Below, in pieces: positions 28,671 through 44,203 of a stretch of 64,000 nucleotides of DNA. The notes below the pieces were generated by a model that did no database searches, was not told the DNA's origin, and worked only from the letters and a program-made list of their open reading frames with translations. Positions within the stretch are counted from its first letter, which is position 1; each line of letters starts with the position of its first letter. This DNA comes from Eledone cirrhosa. Its lineage: Eukaryota. The stretch spans positions 143,530,001-143,594,000 of the forward strand of contig OZ024742.1 in the NCBI GenBank assembly GCA_964016885.1. The letters run 5' to 3'. The translations under genes were made by a program, and so were the position numbers.

Positions 28671-28935
28671 AGGAAGTGGCCTAGTGGTAAGGATGTTGGA
28701 CTTTCGTTCATAACGTCATGGGTTCGATTCTTGGGCTGCGTGTTGTGTTCTTGAACAAAACACTTCATTTCACGTTGCTTCAGTATACCCAGGTGAAAAA
28801 TGAGTACCAGCAATAGCCTGAGTACCAGCAAAACCCTGCGATGGACCAGAGGGGCGTCTTGTACTCTCATTCGCTTCACGCCATGAAACTGGGATAAGCA
28901 CCGGTCAAGTGAGCCTTAAATGGTTTAAGACAGAC
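28671..28935 (+). mobile_element. tRNA-derived SINE family B
   Basis: A box TGGCCTAGTGG, B box GGTTCGATTC, core ttgaacaaaacacttcatttcacgttgct. Confidence 0.75.
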
Positions 28936-28967
<32 letters not shown>

Positions 28968-29188
28968 TATATAAATTAGGAAATTTAACAAAGAGAAGAC
29001 AACGAAAGAAAACAAGGCAAAACGAAGAAAAAGCTTCTATCATAGACTACTGTGTTGAAAACATTTGAAGCAAAAGTCCTTTCTGTTTATTACTTCCTCC
29101 CTTTTCTACATCATCCACGGAGATCTTGGAAAAAGTGTATGGATGCTGCCAGTCATCCTCTGACAAAGTCATGTAAAAAACAAACGAT

Positions 29189-29952
29189 TACCATACCTTC
29201 TTGTGTATAAGACGCACTTTTAAACCAAAGAGTCTGATATAAAAATTTGCCAGAGTCCTATACACCGAAGATATGAATATAATAATTGTTTCTACTTTTG
29301 GCACAAGACCAGCAATAACCCAGTACATTACTGGTACTTTATTTTATCGACCCCATAAGGAGGAAAGGCAAGGTTAGCCTCGGCTGGATTTGAACTCAGA
29401 TCATAAGGGGCCATAACTCTTTGCTGCAAAACATGGCGTCCGACTTTTTACTGATACTGCCAATCCATGATGTCTAACATAGGTACAAGGCCAGCAATTT
29501 GGGGAAAGGGTGGAAGTTGATTATATCGCCCCCAGTACTTAACTAGCACTTTATTTTATCGACCTCGGGGGAATTTGGACTCAGAATCAACTTATAAGTG
29601 TAGATGTATATTTAAATAAGCATGCTTAGTTTAGTTTATTTTAATGCCCAGTCTATACCAATATTGATTATTTTCTCAAAAAAATAATCATTTACATTTC
29701 CAGAATTTGTAAAAAAATAAAAATAAATATAAATAAAAGACAACAAACAAATGAAATTAATTTTAGTTAATATTCGTGTGTGAAAGCATTTGTAAATATA
29801 TGGTAATCGCTGTTCAACAGGATGACAAGTAACTTAAATAACAGGGTCAATAAAAGTCTTTTAAATACTACTATAACTTGTTCCCGAACGTTTGCCTTAA
29901 AAATCAGGGTGCGTCATATACACCTGTACATCTTATAAGCCAAAAATACGGC
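29189..29952. mobile_element. pogo/Tigger-like MITE with nested SINEs
   Basis: Degenerate TIRs taccatac..tgtgtataagacgcac / gtgcgtcatatacac..cttataagccaaaaatacgg. Confidence 0.5.
29283..29586 (-). mobile_element. SINE family A copy plus a related partial SINE
   Basis: Same consensus at 29283-29468. The second fragment shares caaggccagcaa...ttattttatcgacc. Confidence 0.75.
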
Positions 29953-31609
29953 AGTTCTGGAATACTCCGTTCTTTGAAAATGTTTGCCATCGCATTATTC
30001 TTTTGTTTGTCTTTTAGTTTCTTTTTTTTTTTAATCTCTTCAAATACTTTCTAAGCGTCCTTTATTTTCACCCTTAATTCTTTACTCCAATTCACTCTTA
30101 AATTCTTTATTTGCTCTTTTTGTCCTTTTTCATCCTTTTGCTTCCTTTTTTTTTAAATGTTCTTATTTATTGTATTTTCTCTGGCTTCATTCTTGTATTT
30201 TTTTCATTTCTTTTTTTTTTAAATTCAGTCTTTCTTTCTTTCTTTCTCCCTTCTTTTTATTTGCTTTCTCTCTTTCTTTCTACCATTCTTTCATTCTCTT
30301 TATCCTTTCTTTCTAACATTGTCCTTTTCTTTTTTTGCTATATTTTAAAAATACTTCATGGCTTATTATTTTCACATCTTTAAAGTCTCTTTCCATTGTT
30401 GGTCTCTTTAAAACTGCTTTTCATTTGTAATTTTCTTATTTCTTCTTCAATATTAATTTTCTATAATTTCCACCTTCCACTCTTTTCTAACACCACCCCA
30501 CCTCCCTTTCTCTTTCTCACTCTGTCTGTTTCTCTTTCATAATTTTATTGTTTCTCTTCCCTATCTATTCCTTCTCTTATAATTGTTAGATAAATCTTTA
30601 CACGTAAATGAGGTTTACAAGTGGCAGATGCTTCTTGCCTGCTGCTGCTGCTACTTTTATTGTTGCTGCCGTTGTTATTGTTGTTGTTGTTTTGTTGTTG
30701 TTGCTGTTGATGGTGGTGGTTGTTGTGGCGATGGTGATGATGCTGCTACCACCACCACCACCACCACCACCACCACCACCAAGGTTTGGAGAATCTTATT
30801 GTCAGCCAGAAATAAACTTCCTCCGCTACCCAACTTTAGCTTTTATTAAACATCATTGCAGAAGATCGTCTGTTAACATTTCCTCCATTAATTCTCACAG
30901 TCTCGCAGCAAGAATCATTCGTTTCCGAACCAAAAATACAAGGAAGGTGGAGGTGAATTAAAATAGTGAGGTTAGGCATACAGATAAAACAGAATGGCTC
31001 TAACACCTAAAGACATTCCTTTTATGAAGATATTTGGAGGAAATGCTACTGAGGAAAAGACAGCCCACTCAGTTTTTAACAATAGCGTGAGGCCGGAGAT
31101 TTTTTTTCTAGAGTGAATTAAACAAAATAACAAAATCAACAACAACAATAAAGCTTCTTATTTTATTTATATATGATATTTCAGATATTGGAAGAAATGG
31201 GAGCACATGATGGATTTTCCGTCGGTTTCTACGGAGCATTTAGTTGTTCGACCAAGTGAATTTCTATTCGTAAAATTAGCGTGTAAACGGCTGAATATTC
31301 AATATGTATGTAAAAGGTAAATAGAAATAACAAAGTAAACGACAAAGTTTATTGAAGAAATATATTAGTTTAACGCTTGAATTAGTTTAACGTTTTGGAC
31401 ACTAGTCCCTCATCAGAAGAAATAGAAGATAAAATAGAAAGATAAAATAGAAAGATAAAATAGAAAGATAAAAACGAGTGAGTAGAGGAACGAGCGTATT
31501 CAGTCATCCATTTTGGAGAATAAATACGTGTAGCCTTAATGTAATTATCAGGCCGAATCAGCGTGACACAATGCAACACGACTGGCCACTACAAGTATAA
31601 TTCAGAGCT

Positions 31610-31701
<92 letters not shown>

Positions 31702-32299
31702 AGAGACGGGGGAGAGAGACAGAGAAAGAGAAGGGGGATGAATTGATCACAGTAGTAAACTGGTACTATATCCTCCACACAGAACGTGGTGCTCGTAGTT
31801 AGCCGCTAACTTATCTTTTGATGAATACATGTACAATTCTTATATATTTTGTAAATACAGTAACTTGCTTAATCTGTGTATATTCGTGGACATTTTGGAA
31901 TGATATATTTGTACATATGTAATTATGATACATGTGATATAATGTCAGGTGTTTCAGTAGACGTAGACGCCAATAGAGTTTCATTGAAGACTTTTAATCG
32001 ATCCTATCATTCTCATTATTTTGTTTTTAAGTCTGGCACCTTTTTTTTATCTATCTCTTTTTATCGAAACACTTAGTTAAGGGACATAAACAAATAGTAG
32101 CCGTAAACACAGACACAGACACACACGCACGTATATACGTGTATGTATACTCACACATACACACACATCTATATATATATATACACACACACACACATAT
32201 ATATATATAAATATATACATACATACACACAAACATACACACATATATATATATATTTATATATAGAAAAATATATATACATACATACATACACACACA

Positions 32300-32432
<133 letters not shown>

Positions 32433-32640
32433 ACACATATATATGCAAGTGTATTTGTGTAAATGTGTTTTTATATATAGATGTATACCTATATACAACT
32501 CTGATCTCATATCCATATATGTGTATATAAACATATATATTCATACATGGAATGGATCCATACCACCCTTTTTTATCTCCTTTTTCGGCTCCTTTCTCCA
32601 ACTACAATACTATATAAACCGGTGAGGAGTGCCATTTCTG

Positions 32641-32723
<83 letters not shown>

Positions 32724-33540
32724 CACAAAAAGTTATGAAACGAAAGGAGCTGTGTGGTTACTAAAAACAAGGTTTAGGATGGTGGTTAGGATGGAACAGG
32801 AGGAGAAAGGAAAAAAGGAGTTTCCATCGTCAGCTGTAAATGTATCCCGAACCGATGTTTCGGCGCTGAATTACAGAACATCGGTGTAGTTCTGGTGCGC
32901 CCGACGCCTTTTATTAATCAAAAGGCCAGGTGGAAAAGGAGAGAGAAAGAGAAAAAAAGGAGAGAGAAAACGAAAGAGAGGGAAAGGAGGAAGAACAGGG
33001 GGAAAAAGATGAGGAGAGAGGAAGAAGGGGAAAAATAGGAAAGGAATAGAAGAAAAAAAGTGTACAGATCCCATCGTGGGAAGACACGGGTGAAAGAAAC
33101 ATGCAAAAACGTAACCGTGGAAAAATAGGGAAAGTAAGTTGGGGCCAGCTTGGGAGACTTTAGCCTGGTGGTCTGCTACGACTCAGAGCTGGTATAATCG
33201 TGCTGCCTCTCGCATAGACAGGAGAAAGTGAGAGAGAGAGACACGGGCAACCAAAAGTGAGGGGGAGAAGGGGAAGGGAGATAATCCAGAAGGTTTTTTT
33301 TTTTTACGACGGTGGTAAAAGCGTGCCGCATGCATTTAAGTTTGGTGGTTCACCACTGGATAGAACTGGTCATTCCGTATAGCCAACCATGATAAAAGAT
33401 TGGGAAAAGCATTCGACGTAATGCAACTCATCCATCTTTGATGTTAAATATTGTTGGTGGTGCGAGAACGGAGTTAATTATTATTTAGTAAAAAGACAGG
33501 AGGCCGAACTGGTGAAATTCTTTCAAAGATTTATTATAGC

Positions 33541-33600
33541 AAAACTATGTACATTTCAGTGGCCAGGTTCCGTAAGATCCTGGTGACATCATCAGGTGTT
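33541..33600 (-). ncRNA. Type I hammerhead ribozyme motif
   Basis: Minus strand: ac CTGATGA t-gtcaccagg-loop-cctggccac-t GAAA tgtaca TA gt. Core intact, palindromic stem III, stem I short and imperfect. Confidence 0.65.
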
Positions 33601-33958
33601 TATTGCATAATAGTTGTATAATAAAGGAATAATGGTAAACACAATCCAAGAGGTTATGAAAAGAAAACAGAAAAATGTTTTTGACTCGAAGGCGGTCAAG
33701 AGGGCCAGTTGTTGTCAGTTTGGCTGACCACCCTTTCCTACTATATCAAGCGTTAAACTAATTATATATGTATCTTCATTGTACTGTATTATTTGGTCTG
33801 TTGTTTCCCGTTAACTTTTCGCATACACACTCTCATGCAAACACACACGCATACACACACACATGTATATATGCATATGTGTGTTTGTGTTCGTCTGTGT
33901 GTGGAGGGGTGTAGTTATATGTATATATGTTTATATTCGGTGTTGCGTCTTGTTAAAT

Positions 33959-34146
33959 AATTGTTTCTCCGTTTGGCACAAGGCCAGCAATTACCCAGTA
34001 CATTACTGGTACTTTATTTTATCGACTCCGTAAGGATGAAAGGCAAAGTTAACCTTGGCGGGATTTGAACTCAGACCGTAAAGGGACGTAACTATGTTGG
34101 AAAGCATGGCGTTCGACCTTCTACTGATACTGCCGATCCCCCGCCC
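33959..34146 (-). mobile_element. SINE family A copy
   Basis: Same sequence as 55268-55459, with TSD cttgttaaataa on both sides. Confidence 0.85.
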
Positions 34147-34640
34147 TTGTTAAATAAGGAGTTAGTATTTCAGAGATAATGTTGCGAATCTGTTAGTACA
34201 TGTAGTGATATGCTAAATTGTTGAAACTTTGCAACGTTAGAATATAACGTATAATTTCATTTCCTTTAATCTGAATTCCGTTTTCATTTTAAATCCATAA
34301 GGGATTGAATTTATCTTCATTAACTGTGACATCAATAAAACAAATACCTGTAAAATACTGATATTAATACAATCGGCTTTGCATAAATCCTCTTGCTTGG
34401 TCGAGTGAGAAAGAGGAAGAAAGAAAGAGAGAGTGATTAGTGAGTACGTGAAAAAGTGTAGGAGAGAGAGAAAGAGAGAGGGGAGGGGGAAGAGAGAGAG
34501 AGAGAGAAAGGAAGAGAGAGAGAGAGTATGTATGGGTGTATGTAGTTCATTGAAATCAATGTTAATATGGATAATTGCGATCGAGGACTTGTGATTATGT
34601 TGTGTGATTGCACACATACACACGCATACACACACACATA

Positions 34641-34675
<35 letters not shown>

Positions 34676-35160
34676 TGAGATTCTAGAGGACTAGAACTGT
34701 GTCAATTCTTTAGAAATCAGCAGGAATCTGGCTTTCCAAAAATAAATGTTGTGGTATTTATATCTTTTCAGGTGGTAGGAGAGGAGGGGGAGTAGGATGG
34801 GAGGAGGTCATTGGTTGAAAGAAAAGGGAATTCATTAAAAGCTAATTCTTTAAAGCTATAATTTATATTTGGAGTGACAAAGGCAGAAAGAATTCTATAA
34901 ACAAGTTCAGAATGGGGTGCCACTCCTTATTTTTAAGTTTCTCTTAAGCTAACAATGCCTATATTTCAGGTGTCTATAAGATGGTTGGGGGTCGGTCATG
35001 GTTGATGGATTTAAAGAAAAGGGAAATTCTTTAAAAGCTAATTCTTTAAAGCTCTACTTAGAGTGACAAAGGGCAAGAGAATTCTATAAACCAGTTCAAA
35101 ATATTGGGAGCCTATCATATCCTTATTGTCATATTTCTCTTAAACTATATTCCAGGTGTC

Positions 35161-35223
<63 letters not shown>

Positions 35224-35436
35224 TATAAAGAGAACGAAAAATCAGTGATGCATCTGAACTTAGTTTATTTCGTGTTACAAATGTTTCGACGTCATGTAGC
35301 TCGAGTCATGGTCCTTGTATGGATCTGGCTGATTCTACTTCTGCAAGTTCTTTCAGACGGGTGTTACGTCCGGAGCAAATTTTATCACTGATAAAATTTG
35401 CACCGGACGTAACACCCGTCTGAAAGAACCCGTATA

Positions 35437-35469
<33 letters not shown>

Positions 35470-35705
35470 GTATGTATACATATATATATTGTTATATTTG
35501 GGAGATAGCCATGTTGCTAATATTGCCAATAAAAAGAAACACACGGACAATATGATTTTCAATTTATCTTTATTACTAGTTATTCGTAAGTTCATCAAAG
35601 TTCTTTCGTCACACATTCTGTGACTTCCTCAATGCTTATCTGTCTCTTATGTGCTTCCTCATCTTTCCGGTTTTAATCTGCTACTCCATCTTGTCTTTAC
35701 GCGCG

Positions 35706-35755
<50 letters not shown>

Positions 35756-35770
35756 CATATATGTATATAT

Positions 35771-36434
35771 ATGAAAAACAAGGGGAAGAAGAATACTGCA
35801 TGGTTGCACATGGATTACATATTATAAAATTAGTCCCTCATCAGTGATTTTGCCAACCATCATTGGTATTTCATCGCATTAAAAATCAGATACCTCAGGT
35901 TGGTGCGAGCAATAACTAAAATAAGCTATTGGGACAAGTGAAACGCGTAAAGCGAGTGAGACAAGTAAACAACAGAAGGAAAAGCAAACCGAAGGTTGGA
36001 AAACAGCAAACCACATGGTAGTTATCCGATCAGCATAAGCTGGGTGAATTTCATGAGCGGTCAGAGAAGCAGACCGTACGCCGCGAGTGCGGTGTGAGAA
36101 AGAAGGAACCCCACTAGTAGCGAACGGGAGGAAGTGAGAAGGGGAGAAACAGAGAGTGAGTGAGTGGAAGTGCGAGGAAGAGGTCAGTCGAGAGAAAAAG
36201 TGTAACTGACAGAGAGGGTGAAAGAAGGTAAGAGAAACAGAGAGAACGGGGGAGCAGTAAGAGAGAAAGAGAGAAACAGATAATCGCAGTTTAGGTAAAT
36301 ATATATGAAAAACAAGGGGAAGAAGAATACTGCATGGTTGCACATGGATTACATATTATAAAATTAGTCCCTCATCAGTGATTTTGCCAACCATCATTGG
36401 TATTTCATCGCATTAAAAATCAGATACCTCAGGT
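35771..36434. mobile_element. Non-coding element with 130-bp terminal direct repeats in (TA)n
   Basis: 35771-35900 repeats at 36305-36434. Relatives lie at 43290-43980 and ~49060-49650. Confidence 0.7.
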
Positions 36435-39400
36435 ATATATATATAACGTTCAAATCAAAAGAAGGTGATAAATAGGAAGATCTTTCTTAACTCAAAGAGA
36501 TTAGGTCTATTTGATTGGTTCATCCATTTTACTTTGCGAGGTGCAGAATTTATTTCCCAATTTGTTACTTCAGAACTATATGAAATAAATTCGCCCTCTC
36601 TTAAAATAAAGTAGATGCCGTAATATTGCGGCATCTACTTTATTTTAAGAGAGGTCATACAGTAATAACTATGCCCAATCCTTATTGCCATAATGTCATC
36701 TCTCTGGAAACCTTTCCCAGCTCATGTTTTTCCACGAGAAGTTGACTAGCAATAATTTAAGCTGAACATCAACGGTATCAATTTCGCTGCTCTGAAAAGG
36801 CCACGGCCAAGGGGTCTCTTATTCAATATCTAGAAAAACAAAACAAAACACACGTGAATTACAGAACAATCTGTGGATATTGTTAAGTACACATATTACC
36901 TACGTTGTACCATTATGGGTGTCGGATTTCTGACAAATGAGGCCCTGTGCTAGTTAAGTTATGAGGCCCCTTACTTGGGCCCTGAAGGAGGTAAAAATGT
37001 TTGTGGTAGAAAGATGGGCCCCTCTGACCAACGGGACCCCATGCTTAAGAACACCTAAGCACAATGGTAAATCTGGCACTGATGATTATGTAAATAAGTT
37101 TATGCCTAGGTTTATATTTGTTTATGTTTTGCTAAGTAGGCTTCAACGGCGGCAGTTTCGGAACATGTTGCCAAATTCTGAAGAATTGTTAAATAACGAT
37201 GTAACAGGCCAGTAAGATCTTCAGCCCAATCTTCTCTTTTCGAGTATAATTTCTGAGCGACTACATCATATAAATGTAAGTTTCTATGTTTATTTGTTCA
37301 TAACTCACACTATATTTATACTCAAGTGAGGCATTTTGTTCATGATTGACCAAGCATATGATCAAATGTATTCCAGTCTTGACCATCATATCTTTATTTT
37401 TCTTTGCAAAATGTTGCCTGTGCTACATTATTTAATGTCTGTCCACTTTATGATGGTAGTGATGGATGAAGCTGATATCTTGAAAAGAAGGTGATTTCTC
37501 GCAGAATACTGTGAAATAAATTCACCCTCCTTTAAAATAAAGTACATGGATCAATCAAATTGGTGCTTGTAGAAAGAAGGAAACCTTGCATATTTAGAAT
37601 CAGTAACAATGGGTTATATAGTGAAGGCAAAATGCCAGAATGCAATGAACTAAGTATATATCTTAGCTTTAATAGGTATACACATTTTAGAATGTGGCTG
37701 TAAGCTGAATCCAAGAGAAAATGGCTTGAATGATAAAAGATTTTATAAGCATTTGAATTAACATAAAACTTGTCTGTTATATAAAAATAAGAGATACATT
37801 CTTTATTTTTTAAATCTTGTATAATATTTCAAGTGACGTAATAGTTGGAGGTATTTTCTCTTGGTGTTTTTCCAGGAATGGGAAGCTGATTGTAAGTTGA
37901 CTGATATTTCTTGATACATATGTTCAAAACATCTAGCTTCACTTGAATTGTACCCATGATAAATATTGAAGCCTTCTTTCCATACATGAAAGATGTTTAG
38001 TCAATTCAATTCAATTTAATCAACAGCGATATCTTACTACAACTTTTCTGTTGTGTACCGGCAGAATAGGTTGAGCATCGAACGAAATAATTCGCAATAT
38101 TTACTTGGGTGCTTTTATGTTCTGACTTCAAATACCCCTAGGGTTCACTTTGTCTTTCATTCTTTCCGGATTGATAAAATACGTACCAATGAAAAACTGG
38201 TATTGATTTACTCGCCTAAGTTCATCTAATTTAATTAGTGTTCTTACACCGAGTGGATCGGATATAAGACTGCCACTTCTGAGGTCGTGTGTTTAAATTT
38301 GCTACAAGCTGTTCAGGCATTTTTGCGTTACAGGTTGATTTCTTACTCGCATTTATCTACTTCTGTTTGTATTTCCTCCAACTGTTTTCCGAAAACATGA
38401 ATCAAGAAACGTTAAGAGTGGAAGCACACTTCATTATTTAAAAATAATTATTTTTGTCTTGTCATAAATTCAACTCTTCCAATGAGTGTTATTAAAAATT
38501 TCTGCTACTATAATTCTCAGTGAACCGGGAATAGAGACTGGTGTCGATTTCCGCTTGAAACTGCTTGAATTCATTAATGTTAACTAATGTCTTTGCGGAA
38601 AGGCAAGAAGGCCATAACTTCCTGAACCGACTCCCTTTAAAACTCTTTGGTTTCATGCTTATGTAAGAAACCTTTATTTTATCTTAAGAAGTAAACTTAC
38701 TGAGGTGGAATTTTAGTTTCCTTGGCTGAATAATTTACGTATAATAAACATATCGTTTTCCCTCTGGGGTTTTGTGTAGATTTTGTTCGTTTACAACAAT
38801 TGCATCTCTTTAAGAGGATATGTAAGCGTTGGATCGTGCAACCAGGAGATTTGGTTAATGATTCACAGCTGTTATAACATGCTTTCAAAGAAAAAGAAAT
38901 AACATCTTTTAGGATGGTTTCTGTGTGGCGAGGAATGTAATTAGTCTATTGAGAAAGTATAAGAAGTGCAGTTAGCACTTTTCATCCGACTACACAGAAT
39001 TGCTCGGGAAGGGAAATACGAAACTTCGTCACGCAAATATTTCGTTGTTCCAGAAGATAGTTACGATGCCAAGAGAATATTTTAACAAAGAAAATCAATA
39101 AGAAGAATACGACTTTGTTTTGTGACTAGCTGTTTGTTTCCATTAAACACCTATCGTGTCCAACAAAATTTCGCGTATATTTCGAAGATAAACTACTAAT
39201 TTATATGTGTCAAAGCTTGTTGATCATTTGCTTTTTCTCGTCGTTGTTATAGTGTTCTTGTTGTTGATGATGATGTCCTTGTGATGTTTGTGAAAGTGAT
39301 GGCTGTGCTAGGAAAGGCAGTGGGGTTTCGTGTTAGCCTGAAAGGTTATTTTGAATTCTATAGGTAGAAGCTGTAACTGTCGAATTGCAATATTCATTCG

Positions 39401-41200
39401 GATAATTGTGTTGGTCATTTGACCCATGAAAGTGTAAGTTCTCACTCTATTACTGGCAATACTTTATATATTTCTAGTTATAATTTGTATTGGGTTTTCT
39501 GTGATCAATTTTCATTATTGCTTAGTCAGAAGTGAAAGGGAAATGCTCATTACACTTTTCAGGGCATCTGGAAATGATGGTAGAAAGGTAGATAGAAGTT
39601 ATCCTTAGAAAGGATTATCTTGAGAAGAGAACGTAAAAAGGTAACCGAGGACCAGGTTGTAGCATTAAACCGGATGACAGATTAAGTCTCCAACAACTTC
39701 AAAAACAGGAATGGTTCCTCAACGGACTTCCACAGAGTTTCCCTCTACTAAATTTCATTTGATCTCAGTTACGATAGCAGACATACGCCCAAAATTCCAC
39801 ACGGTTGTATCGAGGGTTAAAGGATTATCTAGTGGGTGGTTCATTAGATAAAGTTTAAAAACTGATTGCCAGATCAACCTCATTAAATATACAAGGATTA
39901 AGGTTCAAAATTAAACAATATCTGGTGTGTGGCGATAAAAATCATTCTCATGCTTACGATGAAAGTTTTTCTCATCTACTCTTTATTCACAAGAAATTTC
40001 CTCGAGTCATCCCCAAACAATGTTCATAGGCAATGTTTTTCTTTACTCAACAAGCTTGATGAAGACGGTTACTTCTTTCCTATGAAAAGAAGGAAACAAG
40101 AATTATACAGAAATGTTAACGTATTGGAATAGATTGCAGTCTTGCGGCAAAAACCAACAACTACTTGAAATACGAAAATAGCATATCTACTTCAAGCACA
40201 ACCATACTCTTTGCTGCTATGCTACAATTTTACACTACAGCGTTACACTGAAGTCTAATGTGAAACGTACTAAAATATCTCAAACCATTGATGTTTCAAC
40301 ATTTCAGATTCCTATTACAAAAACAATATTAACAGCAATAACAGCAACAACAGCAACAACAGCAGCAACAACGTCAATAGTAACTGTAATAATAACTATA
40401 TGTCAAACAAGAAATACATTATAAGCTCCATGTTTTCTATCTTAAAGATAAACTATAAACAAAACTTAATCCAGAATGTGTGTTCTTACTTGATGGCTTA
40501 TATAATAGGAGTGAAGCCAGCCTCCGCAGAAGTACTTGTTTATTACAGGTAAGTTATTACTAATAGTTAAATATTTAATTCAAGTCACGATGACTCACGG
40601 CATAAAATCTCTTGTGAAAAATGTGAGTTTCATGTTAATTCTTGGAAAACGATGATAGTACACTGTGCTACAAAGAAGCTTCTCGTGTGAAATCATATGA
40701 TATTATATTTCCCTCACAGATAGACTTATGCTGGAATGATTGAAGACGCAAGCATATTTGAGTGGTTAAAATGTTCACTTAGCAATCTATGTCCCGGATT
40801 CGATCCCGATACGAGACATTTTGGGCAAATGTCTTTACTACTGATAGTAATATTCGGTAAACGGAAACTATTTGGAAACCATTCTTATGGATTTTACTAG
40901 CATTTTGAAGGTTTAGTGCTGCAACATATTGTGTGACACAGATTCCAATTTGGAAGAACGTTAATGGTACACGTGTCTGTGGAATACTCAGTAACTTACA
41001 TTGATATTCAGTTGAATGTGAAAAAAAAATGAATGCTTATCGCCGAAACAAATGGAAAAGCCATGAGAATCATGCAAAGAATCAAGGCTGACTGCAAATT
41101 TTCTTTATTTCTTAGACAAGGAGAAATCGAAGCACCCATGCCCCTTTTCAGGACCTCCCAGGCTGGTGGATTGAAGGGAACAGTTATATAATGTATATAA

Positions 41201-41263
<63 letters not shown>

Positions 41264-41264
41264 A

Positions 41265-42972
41265 GGCCTTTTGCGGACAGTAAAAACGTTTAGCGATGAC
41301 TCAGGATGGAGTTTGGACTTGACATGTGTGCAAAAGCCACTTTCAAGAAGGAGAAGCTTGTCAACTCAGACTAAGTTGAATTGGATGATGAAACAATCAT
41401 AAAGGAACTTGAGCAGGAACAAACCTATAAATACTTAGGGATTAATGACGGCTCTGGCATACAGCATGCAAGTATGAAAGAGAGGATAAGGAAAGAATGT
41501 TACAGGAGAGTACGTGCAGTTCTGATATCAAAACTAAACGCTCGTAACAAGGTGTTAGCCATAAATTCCTTGGCAGTCCCAGCTGTCACTTATAGCTTCG
41601 GTGTGTTGAACTGGAATATGAGTGAAATCAAAAGAATCGACACCAAAGTCCGTAAGCTAATGACATGTAATGGGATGCACCACCCAAAAGCAGATGTGGA
41701 TCGTCTTTACCTTCCTAGAACTCAAGGAGGCCGTGGCCTGATCCAATTTCAACTTGCTTACAAGACCACCATCATTGAACTGGCCAAATACCTTGAAACA
41801 ACTAAGGACTGTATGCTGAAACTTGTTGAAAAGCATGAGAGAAGTAAGAAGCTTCATTCTATCTTGAAGGAGAGCAAAAAATATGCTACTGATGTCATGC
41901 TTGATACCCAGGCTGGACAGACTAAAGAAACTGTTGCAACTGATGCTGCTAGGCACATAAAATCAATGGAAAAAGCAAAAGGGCAAGGACAATTAGCATC
42001 AAATTGGGAGCAGAAACCTCTGCATGGCAAATATGTGGCCCGTAGCAAATAAGCTGATGTTGACCAAAAGCGCACCCATCAGTGGCTGCGTAGTTCAGGG
42101 CTAAAGGCGGAGAGTGAAGGCTTCATCTTAGCTGCCCAATATTAAAGCTTATTGACTCGTAATTACCAGGCCAATGTGATGAGAAACGGAATAAACCCAA
42201 AGTGCCGATTCTGCAATGCTGGGGTTGAAACTGATCACTTAGTCTCTGGATGTTAAGTTTTAGCACCAGTAGAATACAAATATAGACATGACAGAATTAG
42301 CCAATATCTACACTGGGTAATATGTCGACATTACAAAATCAAAGCTGAAGACAAGTGGTACAATCATCACCCTGAGGCTGTAACTGAAGGAGAAAAAGTA
42401 ACAATTCTCTGGGACTTTCCTGCACATACTGACAGGACCATAAAAGCAAATAGACCTGACATCATTGTAAAAGATCAACATAACAAGGTCTGTTTGTTGA
42501 TAGATATGAGCATCCCATGTGATCACAATATCGCGGCAAAAGAATTTGACAAGCTACGAACATATAAGGATCTGTTTATTGAAATTGAGAAAATCTGGCA
42601 CCTCAAGGTCGTTATAATACCAGTGATTGTGGGAGGACTGGGAATGATCAAGAAAGGAACAGAACAATATTTGCGAATGATTCCTGGTTGCACGAGGTGC
42701 AAAAAATTGTTTTGACTGGCACACGTATTGAGAAAAGCACTATCTCTGTAAGATTGACATCCCTCCTTGTATTTACATATGCATATTCACATGTGTATAT
42801 ATGTATACTGTTTTTTTTTTTGTTTTTTTTTTAAATTATAATCAATGTGCTGTATTAACTGGCTTACCAATGCACACTGTGAATTTATTTGCCCTAGGTG
42901 TCAGGAAGACACTCGGCATATATCTCAGAAACAATAATGAAAGAAAATAAAATAATAATAATAATAATAATA
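41265..42972 (+). mobile_element. 5'-truncated R4/Dong-like LINE ending in (TAA)n
   Basis: YKYLG and GGRGL (41381-42052), CRFC..H..SGC knuckle, RHD, NRPDIIVKD...LIDMSIP. Contains stops and frameshifts. Ends in an aataataat tail. Confidence 0.88.
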
Positions 42973-43175
42973 AATGTGAAGACTAAAATTCAAAGAGGGC
43001 TTGATAAGGATAAATATATATCAAATATATAAGAACCCTAGAGCAAATATTTATTAAAATAACAGATTAAAATTTAAGTGAAGAATCGCTGCTTTCACCC
43101 TTAACGGGAGCTTCAGAAGATCCCGTTAAGGGTGAAAGCAGCGATTCTTTGCTTAAACTTTAATCTGTTATTTTA

Positions 43176-43996
<821 letters not shown>

Positions 43997-44203
43997 ATTA
44001 TTTGTGAAAAGGAATACCAAAGTCCTAGCGCATCAGCGGGTGAAGAAAGTAGTATCCTGATCACTTCTAAATATAATAAAAAAACTGGATAGTGTGTGTA
44101 TATGGTTCCCGAACTTAGCGTGTTCGCTCAATCACGCCACTAAAAAATAGCAGCCGAGTTTAATCGACATTTGAATTAGCTCAACGAATTAATGGAGCCG
44201 AAT

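Noticed and set aside
28671-28745. tRNA-like A/B boxes
   Set aside because: These are SINE heads that continue into SINE body sequence with no complete cloverleaf, so they are not tRNA genes.
30583-30961. Poly-Cys/Pro/Thr ORFs
   Set aside because: Derived from (TGC)/(TGT)/(ACC) trinucleotide repeats, with no splice or domain support.
31386-31419. CTGATGA g ggac-tagt-gtcc AAAA cg tt on the minus strand
   Set aside because: The catalytic G12 is replaced by A and stem I is weak, so it is likely an inactive relic.
40509-40554. Strong donor CAG/GTAAGT on the + strand
   Set aside because: Weak upstream acceptor and no supporting ORF. Expected by chance in 64 kb.
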